DNA from: Vicugna vicugna | Lineage: Eukaryota | Reading direction: 5' to 3' | Length of the DNA: 64,000 bases | Assembly (NCBI GenBank): GCA_013265495.1 | Contig: MU060195.1 | Span: forward strand, 1-64,000 | In this document: piece after piece, positions 1-10,995 of the stretch | Numbering within the stretch: position 1 is the first letter of the stretch | Layout: every line of letters starts with the position of its first letter | The notes under the pieces: generated by a model | Database searches by the model: none | Seen by the model: only the letters and a program-made list of their open reading frames with translations | What the model was told of the DNA's origin: nothing | Position numbers and translations under genes: made by a program

Positions 1-95
1 ACCCTCCACCCCCCTGGTAACCACAAGTCTGTATTCTCTGTCTGCTTTTGTTTTTTAATTGAAGTATAGTCAATTCCAATGTGTCAGTTTCTGGT
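1..95 (-). mobile_element. Two short cetartiodactyl/camelid L1 3'-end fragments
   Basis: CCCCCTGGTAACCACAAGTCTGTATTCTCTGTCTG then TTTTAATTGAAGTATAGTCAATTCCAATGTGTCAGTTTCTGGTGT. The second motif recurs at about 22460, 24930, 45245 and 59985 and is the reverse complement of the L1 tail at 31200-31463. Confidence 0.75.
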
Positions 96-425
96 GTTTT
101 AATCAATACATTTTTATTGCGCCTTTTCTATGCACAAGGCATGGATTAGATATTTAAAAAAATAAGAAATGAGTGCTGAGTTTTTCTTTCTTTGCAAATT
201 AAAATAATTTTATTTTTGCTCTTATAAAACACATGCTAATAAAAATATCTAGAAAAAATATACTAAAAAATGAAATTACTGTCTAGAAATGGCCTCTGTT
301 GACATTGTGTGATACATTATTCTAGCGTTTCAAATTTCTACAGGAAAACATTACAGGTGTCTATAAACATACACAAAATATACATTTAGTTATATGCGTA
401 TAATTTAAATCATACACACACACAC

Positions 426-772
426 GGTATTAGCTTGCTAAGGCTACCACCATGACAACCACAACAGCAGAAATGTACATTCTCAGAGGTCTGGAGACGG
501 AAGCGCACGGTCAGGGCGGGGGCAGGGCTGACGTCTCCAGAGGTGCTTCCTTGGCGTGCAGGTGGATACCTTCTCACTGTGCCCCCACAGCCCTGGTGTT
601 GCCTCGTGTCCAACGTCCTCTTCTTACAGGATGTCAGTCAGATGGCCTCATTTTGACTTAATCATCTCTTTAAAGACCCTGTCCCCAAATACAGTTACAG
701 TTGCATTCGGAGGTTCTGGGGATTAGAGCTTCAGCCTGCGAACTTTAAGGGGACACAGCTCAGCCCGGAACA
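426..772 (-). mobile_element. MaLR solo LTR, MLT1A/B-like
   Basis: The reverse strand starts TGTTCCGGGCTGAGCTGTGTCCCC. It contains GGCCTCATTTTGACTTAATCATCTCTTTAAAGACCCTGTCCCCAAATACAGT, typical of MLT1A-C; length about 350 bp. Confidence 0.8.
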
Positions 773-799
773 TACGCACACGTGTGCATACGCATACAC

Positions 800-3700
800 G
801 GGGAGAGAGCTCTATTTTCAAATAAAAATAAGGTCATGTTAGGCATTGTTTTATAACCCGCTTGTTCATTTTTGTCTGTTGACATATTTATCATTTCCAA
901 TTAATATGACTGTGATGAATTTAGATAATTTATTTACCACACTGCTATTACTGGACACTTAGGTTATTCACAATTACTTAATACATACAAGTCTATCTAA
1001 ACTCTGTAACAAGTACCCTACTATGTATATTCACACATTTGGAGCTTTGTGGGGATTGTTTCTTAAGAGAATTTCCTACAAATGAAATAAAAGGGCATGT
1101 ACATGATCCATATTTTTAAATCGGCCACTTCCAACATTCTGATTTCACTCTTGGTATTGACTTTAGTCTTTGAAAGTATGACAGATGGAAAATACCGGCT
1201 CCACGGTGTTTCACTGTGTGTTTTTGTTCACTGTTGAGTCTGGACATCTTTTTTATCAGTTTATTTTTCATCTTAACTTATTCATTTTCAACTCCTTTAT
1301 TGCTGCCTCTTTTGCTCAATTTCCCATTAAGATGTTCCTGTTTTACTTATTGATTTGAAAGAAATGTTTACATATCGGAATCAGTAGCTGAATGTTTTTC
1401 GGGGCTGCAGTTTGCTTTCTAATGCTGTTTATGGTGGTTTTCTGCCATTCTGACACTTGTGTTTCCTCCTTTTGTTTTTATGTGAAGGTTTTGTTGTGAT
1501 GGGTGTTGTCAATCTGTGAACATTTTCCCTTTGACTTTGCAGTTGGCCATGTGTGGAGAGGAAAATTATTCACCAATTTGCATCTAGTATTTTACAGATT
1601 TTTTGCTAGCTTTTAATCTAGTTACAGTTCAGTTATGACATAACAGTCTGATATTGTCCATAAAATACATGTAGCCTGTTTTGTAACACCATTTTGAAAA
1701 GTCCTTTTACTTACTGGTTTGACACCATAATGTTATATTTAATAGTACAATACTCACAGCTTGATGGCGTAAACCACAGTCTCAGGTAAACTTGTCCTGA
1801 CTTACTGTGTCATGTGGTCAGGCTCTTCACCCAGCCTGGTCCACTCCTAGGAGTCTGCTGTTGACTTATAACGCCATGTTGTAATATGTGGTAGAACAAA
1901 TTCTTATTTCTATTCTCTCATAATATTCTTCAAGATGAGTCTAAGAATAATTTTGTCAAAAAATTAAACTACACTGGGATTTCTTATTAGAATTCCTTTA
2001 CGTTTATAGGCTAATTTGTAGAGATTTATTCACTTAAGCCATTTATTTTCGCCCTCCAGAAAAATAATGTGCCACTTCCTTTATGTAGCCCTCATTTCAT
2101 GACACTTGGTATAGTTTCATAATTACGTGTGACTTGGTTGTCATTCACTGTGTTCATTCCTGACAAATCTGTAGGTCATTTGCTATTATAAATATAACAC
2201 TGGTCTCCTGTTGTGCTTTCTGACTGGTGTAAGGAAAGTCACTGAGTGCTGGAATGTTTACTAAGTGAATAGCCACCTACTTATACTTTTATTAGTTCAA
2301 GTGATCTTCCAACTGATTATCTCATGTTTTCTGCAATACCCAGAAACAGGCGGTGACGAGTGACAAGTCCCTTCCAAACTGAATGCGTCTATTTCTTCTT
2401 GTTTCCTTTTCACACTTGCTGGGACCGTCAGAGCCCTGCTGGGCGGTGAAGGTGGAGCATGCTCTGGTGTTTCGCTCTCATTAACTGGAAGCCCTCGAGC
2501 CCACGTCCTGCTAATGGCTCAGATAAACTTCCTATCACAGAGCTGCTCCAGTTTGCCGTGGAGCTGGTCTTCCTACAAAATGTGTGTGGGAATGGATGCC
2601 GAGTAACATCTCACGTGCGTTTGTTTTCAGTTTGTCCCGATGGACTGTGTTTGCCAGTGCTCACTGAGCCTGACGTTCTGAGGCCAAGCAAGTCTGTTAT
2701 GCATAATCTTCTCTTCTTTCTTCTATCACTTTTTAATTAAGGTACTAGTTACTCCACACAGAAGAACGTAACTTATCTGTGAGTTACCAGGTGTGACCTC
2801 AGAGGGAACTCTCCAGTCTCCACCCAGCCCAGGAGCCGGGCACTTCCGTCCCGTGTCTGCTGCGCACAGCGGCCCGGGCTGTGCCCACCGCAGTGGCCCC
2901 GACCCCGAGCTGCACCACGCGCCATTTTTCGAGCACTCTATCCGGCTGAGCATGCCCACGATTTCTCAAAATGTTCCATCTGTAGTTTTACGGGAGGAGA
3001 GTTTACAGTTTTCTTTTCTGTGCTCTTAGTGATGTTTAGAGGTACCAAGCCTCAGGAAGTTGAAAAGCTTCGCTCTCTATCATAGATTTATGTTCCCTGA
3101 GGGCTTGACAGAACTCATTTTTAAAACCAAAGGTTTGGGGTGGTTCTTTCATGATTTTTCTCATTTTATTTTTGTAGGTATTATTCTACTCAGGAGTGGT
3201 TTCTTTTGTGAGGGTTTGTTTTGTTTGAGGGTTTTCTTTTTAACTCTTACTGCTTCACTTTGAGGGATGCATGTTTCAGACACACAATACACACGCGGAA
3301 TGTATCAGCCCAGACTTAAATTAGAATTTGCTTTGCATTAATGGTCTCTGTATGATCTGTTCCTCATGCTGTTGGAACGTGAACTTTTACTTGGCTTCCC
3401 TGTGAGATTGCCTAGCTCTGATTTGAGGCGTAAGTTCCATGATAGTCTCCTTTTCAACTAATTATTTTTCTCTCTGTTTACTATTTTGTTCCTTTTAAAT
3501 GAACAAATTGTCCTTTTTAAGTTCTGGAATTTTTCGTTAGATAAATAGGTATAAAACGTCAGGTTCATAGTGGCATGTATCCAGTCGTCTTTACTGCAAG
3601 TCATACCTTCTCAAGAGACGATGTTCTTGTCTCCCGGCTACTGTGCATCTGCTTTGGATCCTTCCTTGGCTGATGGCGACGCCGCGCCCCTGCGTCCTGC

Positions 3701-3950
3701 TGGCGCTCGTGGCCCGGCATGGCGTATATCCTCAGCACTGCTCTTTCACTTTTGTTTGCAGAGCCGTGTCCAGGAAACAAGACAAGTGAACGTTTTTCTA
3801 TTAATACAAAAGTCTTCCTCTTTTAACAGAGCAATATATTCTACTTGCAGCTCTTTTAGTAATTGTGCTTTTCAGTCTTTTTATGTTTTTCTTTATGAAA
3901 ATGTCATTTTACTTTCTTGTGCTTTTCCGTATTCACTCACTAAATCATTC
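800..3950 (-). mobile_element. Ancient, fragmented L1M (L1ME-like) ORF2/3' region
   Basis: Long T-rich degenerate stretch with antisense ORF2 landmarks (GGACACTTAGGTTATTCACAAT; GGGATTTCTTATTAGAATTCC; CCCTTCCAAACTGAATGCGTCTATTTCTTCTTG; GGAATGGATGCCGAG). No open frame; boundaries approximate. Confidence 0.6.
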
Positions 3951-4094
3951 AGAGTATTTGCTGAGCACCTGCCTTCTCCTCCTGCCCTTCCTCTAGTGGT
4001 ACCTCTACAGTAGCACCCGCCTTGCACTAGCGGGGAGGAGGGGTGTGGTCCCGAAGGTTTCAGGCGTATCGCCACATTTAATACTCATGGCAGG

Positions 4095-4260
4095 TAGGCT
4101 GGTATCACCATTAGACACATTTTAAAGGAGAAAACTGCTGTACCAAAAAATATGCAGAGCCCAGCCAAGGTGAGGGTTTCACAGTGATGGAGGGGGGAAC
4201 CGGGGCGGAACAGGGCTGACTCCAGGGCTCTCTGATTTGGAGTTTCATTCTCTACTCCGT
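4095..4260 (-). mobile_element. MIR fragment
   Basis: CATTTTAAAGGAGAAAACTG...CCAAGGT...CAGGGCTGACTCCAGGGCTC resembles the antisense MIR core and tail. Confidence 0.45.
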
Positions 4261-7200
4261 ATCTTTAAGCCAACTTGCACTTACATCTAGCAACATGAAC
4301 CTGAAGCCAGAATCTCAGTTGATTCTTCTGTAATTTCCATCCCTGTCTTTATTTCTATGAGTGATGGGAGTGTCCCACCCTGTGGACTCTAAGCCTATGC
4401 ACTACCTTCCCCCGCGTGCGGGCGCACGGCGGGTGGCTGTGCAGTACTCAGTCTTCAGGTTTACTCTCTGGTCTGCGGAGATACCCAACTTGCTCCTCGT
4501 TACTTCTACTGAGTTGCTTAGATTCTGGGATATTTTTTCATTTCCTATTACTGTTTCATATCGTCAGGTCACTCTCTTTTGTTACAGGTAAAAGCACCAG
4601 TTGAGTCTTAGAATTGCTCCATTCCCTGGAGTAAGTGTGCTTGCACCGTCCTTCGTCAGACTATATCCCTTACATAGAATCTGAGGCCAGAATATTTCAT
4701 GATTTCAAGTCATGAGGTTTTGTAACTTTTTGAAAATATGTTTTTGCCATTCAAAAATATTAATTATACTACATGGATTACAGATCTGGAAGATCTGGGC
4801 AAATTATTTTTTAACCAGTAGCTCTCTGTAAAATGTGTGCAGTTTCATTAAAAGGATGTTACATAGTTTTGTTTACTAAAACCATGTAAATGCATCAGTG
4901 ATGGGATAAAACTGCTCATTCCTTCAGTACTGACCACTCCACAGCTCTAGATAATCCCACTGTACGTATAGGAAATCAGAAACAGCACCAGAGAATTAAT
5001 CACTTGACGCACAGGATTCCCCGCACCCAGCAGTCCCACCCGCGTCGGGACACGCGTCCCGGCCCGCGGCCTCCGCAGGGCGCGGGTGCACTGGGCACAG
5101 CCACTGTTCACACGGGACAGCGCTGAACGTCCAATCTGTTGACTTTGTCCTGAGGCATAAAAAGTGCATCACTGGCTCTTCCCTCCTTCTGGGTGACACG
5201 CCATTTATATCATTTTCTAGCTGTTCCCATGAGTTTTAGGAATTCCATATTGGCCAGAATGTTTTTGTTCGCTAGACAAAGAACGTAGTGCTTTTCAAAC
5301 GGTGGGTTAGGTAGCCTGGTTGGTGCAGAGGGAAGAGGTGGGAAGCGGCCTCCCGGCCGGAGGAAGGAGCAAAACTGAGCCCATGTGACACAAGCACTTA
5401 CCCGCCGGGCTGCAGTGTGCAGAGAGAAGAGCAGGAAGCCAGAGAATCACTCAAAAGGAACTTGCGGCTTCCGTGACCCCGTTGGACACCTGTGAAGACC
5501 TTTTGCTTCCTCTGCCGAGTCTGACAACATCTCAGCCAAACAGAGAAACCCACAGAAGTGGAGGGAATTGCGTTAGAGCGGGCGCTTCCTCCTCAGGGTC
5601 ACTGCCGCTCCCTGGCAGCCTCACTGGAACCGATCGGAATCGAGTGAAGACACAGGGATGGCGCTGAACGCCCTGCTTGGTCTTTCTTCCCGTGATGGTC
5701 ACGGTTTGGGCTTCTGCCTGCTCAGGACAGGGGAAGTCTTCAGTGCTCCAAGCACTTTTCAAGTCTAGTTTACCTGTTTATTTTTTCTTCCAAATAAATT
5801 GCACAGAGTTTGACGTGACTCCATGGACCACTTTCCACAGTCCCTGCCAGGCTAACCACCGAATCCACTGGGGAGGATGAAGCGCCCGCACGCTGCCCCC
5901 ATCGCCCTAGTTGCAGGACGGCCAGAGGGTGTCCATCTGGTCTATAATTCGGTCATTTCTCTCTCACCCCCTGCAAGTGTGTATAATTATAAATTAATTT
6001 AAAATTGCACTGTGAGAAAAGAAATTCACTGTGATATAAAAGGAAAGACAAAAGCTGCAGGAAGTACATCTTTAAAAACATTTTTTGGTGTTTCCTTCCA
6101 AATTGATCCTCAAAATTGGTTTTTCATTCTACTATACATTTTCCCAGCTGGGAGCTTCATGACTGTGTATTTCAGTTGTGGGTCAGTTTAAAGCCATCCT
6201 GCAGCCTTGAGGTTTGACGCTTCCTGCTGGATTTACATTTGCAGATCAAAAGTATTCTTTGGGGAAATAAAACCCACCCGGAGGCCAGCCTCCAAGTGAT
6301 GTGTCAAGGCTTAAAGGCAGGTGTGCCTGTCTGAGGATGCCCAGGGACTTGAGCCCAGTGCTCTCATTCTCTCTGGGTCCACATTTTGGCTCTTTTCAGT
6401 CATGCCTGTTTCCATAATAAGAATGTGTGTGTTACACCAGGTTAAGACAAAACACTTGGGAAAAATCGCCAGGCTCCTGTGTGCACTGCAGTAGCCGACC
6501 CTTACCTGCCTGGCTGAGCTGCTGCTCTGCTTTACTCACACAGGTGGCTAATTGCAGGGCCCCGCACATCTTCAGAGAGGACACAGGTGAGAACAGCTGT
6601 GTCCAACAACAGGGTAGCAGCCAGGCTTTCTGGCAGCGTTTGACCTGCCAAACCACCGGCTTCCGTCGGGGAATCAGTCTGTATGAACTTGAGGAAAGTG
6701 TAGCGGGCGGGGCTGAAGCTAAGATGGCATATGGAGAGCCGCACTACGCTCATAGCTTTTCTTGCTTCTTAAGCACCAAAACCTGAGAGCGAGAAGTGTT
6801 CTACCATCAGAAGAAGCGATGCAGTCAAGTCATTTCTCTAAGAATATTCTGATGAAATCATCGTAATCCCTGTAGAAGTGTGAAAAATTCTTCTTTTCAA
6901 AAAAATGAATTCTCCTACTGCCTTGCAAAGACCCCTACCTGCATCTGACGTGTCCTGTAGAGACTAATGATGGTAACATTTCACACCTGGAGTGACACTG
7001 CCCGCTGAGGAGGCATCGTTCCTAGTCCTCAGCACAGACAGGGAAATGGAGCACAGGAGATTGAGTGACGTGATCAACCAGGACGGTGAGGACTGGGGCT
7101 TCCGGGTGGTGGGGGAGGCTCCGGCTGCACCGCTTTGTGCCAGGGTAACAGGAATGAGGTGGTGTCACCTGGGGACCTGACAGGGCGGGAGAGCACATCA

Positions 7201-10200
7201 ACTGGCCCCCAGACCAGATGGGGCCGTGCCTTCCTACGTCCGGTGGTGTGTGTGACCCTGTTTGCCATAAAAAGGGACCTCTATCCTTAGAATCTGAAGA
7301 TGTCTCACCTCGGCAGGGATTCCATAGTTAAATGCTGCCAAACCCACTTCTGATCAGCTTAAGTCTAGTTCTTAATTTGTGTTTATTTAGCAACAAAATG
7401 CAAATAAGAAATGGAATGCTACTGGATGTGAGGGCAATCTGGCTGTGATATCTGTCACCCCACTGATCACCAGGGTTGATTCGGCCTATCTGGCTGGCTG
7501 GGCGGGTGTTTCCTTCCTCCCTCACTGCTCCATGTGCGTGCCTCCCGCAGCTGCACGCTCGATGGAAGAGGAAGACCATCCTGATAGAGGAGGACCATTC
7601 CTCTCAGTCAAGGGCATCCGAGTAGCTGCAGTCCCTACTGAAACCTCCAGACAAGCTCTCAGGGCATGGAATGCTGCTGAATGCATCCTCATCGCTAAGT
7701 GCTTCACGCTGTCAGCTAGACACTCCGTCAGGACGGAAGCAGCCGCAGACTGCTGCTGTAGAAAGGCCGTGTGTATTCTGCCTCTCTTGCAGGAAATCAG
7801 AATATATTTATAAGTCAAGATTATTTTCAACATAATAAACTCTCAACAAGACCACATCTAAGAAGAACTCTCAGATTTCACTCAGCATTTGAAGTTTTGC
7901 AGTTTTCCTGTGTAACAGTGGTGGAGTGTGCTTCTCTGCTTCCCGCAGACAGATGTGCAGACCCAGCCAAAGCTCAAGACGTCGAAGAGGCGCTCTAGTC
8001 TTACCCACAGTGCGGAGACCCTGCGCACACCGGAGGCTACGCTTGGCATCTCCGAGCGTCGCCATCCTGTGGCCAAGCATTCACTCAACGTCAGCTGACA
8101 AAACAGACTCTCATGCAGCTCCGTGCGTGGCCACCAGCACTTCTGCACCCTTTCCCTCCACCTGCTCCCCCACACCCGGTAAAAACACACCAGCTGTTAG
8201 ATCCAAGCCTGGTTCTAGGACAGACCGAACTCAGCAGGTCTACAGGCAGAGCATTAATTCAATTCTGCCCAGAGAGAGAACCGGAGAAACAAGAGGTGGA
8301 AAATGTCAGGTTTAAGGGGACTTGCTCCTCTGTCTCAAATCAGCTGCAGATCTGGGGTCCCCATTATTCATGCCCCTGTGAACGGTTGGGAATCTAATGA
8401 CTTCTTAAAGCATGAGAGGCTGAGAGAATTTTGAACGGATGTGTTAGATACACCTCTGCTTTATGTCTTAGGTAAGTCTTCCCTGTAAGTCGAATCCTAC
8501 CAGACAACTAAAAAAATTCACAAATGGCTGTTGACAAAATACATACTCAAAATGTGACATTCTTTTCAGAATCGCTGACCGAAGGGCTTCAGGGTTCTAG
8601 TTCGATGCGTTACTAAAACAGCCATTTCTGGATATACGCCATCCCAGGTACGTCCCGTGCCCAGTGAACATGAACAAACTGGTCCTCAAAGCGACGGCTT
8701 GATCTTAGGATCCTGGGGTTTGTTTTTTTTCTGACTCTTTTCTTTCACGCAGACAGCGTGCCGGCTTCCCACGGACACCTCAGAAAGTGTATGTTCATCT
8801 CAAGTCAAATCATAGAAAGAAACGCACTAGAGTTTGTGGAATTCTGCCGTCAGCACTCTTAGGGTGTTAAAAATAATTGTGAGACAAGCTTACGCCGTGA
8901 CAGTTTCAAAATGGGCAGGAAATGTGATCACACGTCCTTGTGATTTTCCTCTGGGGCCGGAGCCCCCGCCCGTGCCCTCAGACTGGGGGCCGGCAAGGCT
9001 CAGCTGGTAACACTGAGATCTGGGCCCCAGCCCTCCTGCCTCTGCGCGCAGGTCGGTCAAAGTCACGGCAGCTCAGGGAAACTCAACAGGCTTGGGACCG
9101 CTGCTCGTCCAGCAAGGGTGTTCCCGGGTCTGTCGGGAATGAACCAGGCCTCTGGCAGGAGGTCGGCAGGGTTCGTCCGCCCAGCAGCGCAGCGGAGCCC
9201 GCGGGAGGCGGGGAGGGGTCAGGGCAGAGGCTGGTTGCCCCAGGACCCACCAGCCTCCCGCCGCGCGGACTGCTCATCACTGCCCCCTCCTCACGTTCAC
9301 CTGTCTGGTCAGTGAGCAGGGACCAGCGCTCACTTCCTGTTTTCCCTCCTGTAACCGTCACCAGTTTCTGCTTCATTAGCAAATTGCCCTCTTGAGTGTC
9401 TCCTTCCTGAAGGTTTGTTGCGGGGCGATCTCAGTGGTCTTGACCTTGGGAAGGCCTCTTGCAAAAGGACGCAGGGCTACAGGCTGCGGTCGTTTAAAAG
9501 GACAAAACCAGGCCATGCTAACGATAAGCTGTTTTTTTCCTTTTTTCTTTTTTTGCTACTTTTATCCTCTGATTCCCTCATAAGAAGAGAAAATGACTTT
9601 CCGTGGCTCACATTTGTCCTACTTCCTGAACGGTCCACGTGGACGGGGTGTATTTCTAGAGACAACGCTGCTCAGGGAAGGAAGTGGCCGTGACTGACAC
9701 ACGGCAGGCAGGGCGCGGAGCAGAGCCAGAGGGAGAAGGGACAAGTTCAGCTGATTTTACGAAGATTTATAAACATGCCTTATTTAACCAGATATCCGCT
9801 CTCAAATAGGCGAGGAACTACTGTATGCTTGTGTGTAAACACGCCACCTCCTGCTTCTGGGAAGTTGCTGCTTAGAAGACAAGGGTGAGACCGGGCTGCG
9901 ATTCCGGGAGCCCAGGGCGGCTACAGCTTTCCCCAGACTGAGGCTGGCTGCCTGGTTTCAGCATGTGCGTTTCTGCAGGGCGTCTCACCTGCTTCCCGCG
10001 AGTCCTAGGCCACGCAGGGCTCTCCCCGTAGCCACGCTGTGAACGGAGTAAACGTCCTGCAGCTTGGCTCCAAGGCCGTGCCATTCCTGTGGAAAAGCGC
10101 GTGTGTCCGGCTTTCCCTCATCTGCCCCCCCGGAGCCGCCGTCTGTGGGCTAATGTGCATCCGTCGTGAATTTGGGGTTAGAAAAAACTGGAAAGCGGAT

Positions 10201-10214
10201 GAAGCAATTAATTA

Positions 10215-10589
10215 AAGTAAGGCTCCACAGAAAGAGAAAAATACCATGCGATATCACTCTTGTGTGGAATCTAAACAAGGAGAACAGAAGACACTGATGA
10301 ACTTATCTACGAAACAGAAATGGACTCACAGACACAGAAAACAGACTTATGTCCCCGGGGGCAAGGGGGTGGGCAGGGACAAACTGGGAGCTCGAGGTGT
10401 GCAGAGACTAACTGCTGTATGTAAAACAGGTAAACAGCAAGGACCTGCCGTACAGTGCAGGGAGCCATATTCAGTGTCTGCTGGCACTAACTTGTCATGA
10501 AAAAGAACGTGTGTGTGTGTGTGTCTGAGTGAACTGCTATGCTGTGCACCAGAGACTGACACAGCGTTGTAAACTTCAATTTAAAAAAA
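10215..10589 (+). mobile_element. 5'-truncated cetartiodactyl/camelid L1 3' end
   Basis: AAGTAAGGCTCCACAGAAAGAGAAAAATACCATGCGATATCACTCTTGTGTGGAATCTAAA...GAACTTATCTACGAAACAG...ACTGACACAGCGTTGTAAACTTCAATTTAAAAAAA (A tail). Confidence 0.85.
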
Positions 10590-10744
10590 CTGAAAGGACA
10601 AAGAATGACTTGACTGAATCCACACAGTCAGCCAGTCGCAGACACCCACAGGCTTTAATCGTACGGCATATAAATAATTATAAATCATTAATTCCTGGCA
10701 TTACGAGGCTTGTGCAGTAAAATGGAGAAACTGAAACAACCTGA

Positions 10745-10995
10745 GCGGGCCGAGTCGGGGCTCAGGCCACCCGGCCCTACACCCGGCCCTGTCGCTACAG
10801 CTGCGGCTCTGGGCAAGTCGCTCCCCACCCTTCCTCCGCTTCCTCCCTCACTGTCCTCATCTGTGAGGGGTGTGGGGCGGTGTCAGGGACCTCAGCGACC
10901 TCACGGGGTCGCCTTGAGGATGAAATGGGCTCGCACATCGCAGTAAGAGCCGTGTGGCCCCGGGTCCAGCCCTCGCCGGAGTGCGCTGCGTGCGC
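10745..10995 (+). mobile_element. MIR, strongly GC-shifted
   Basis: CAGCTGCGGCTCTGGGCAAGTCGCT...CTGTCCTCATCTGTGAGGGG...CTCACGGGGTCGCCTTGAGGATGAAATGGG follows the order of the MIR core. Confidence 0.6.

Noticed and set aside
5107-5124. REST/RE1-like GGACAGCGC
   Set aside because: Only the right half-site matches; the left half TTCAGCACC is absent.
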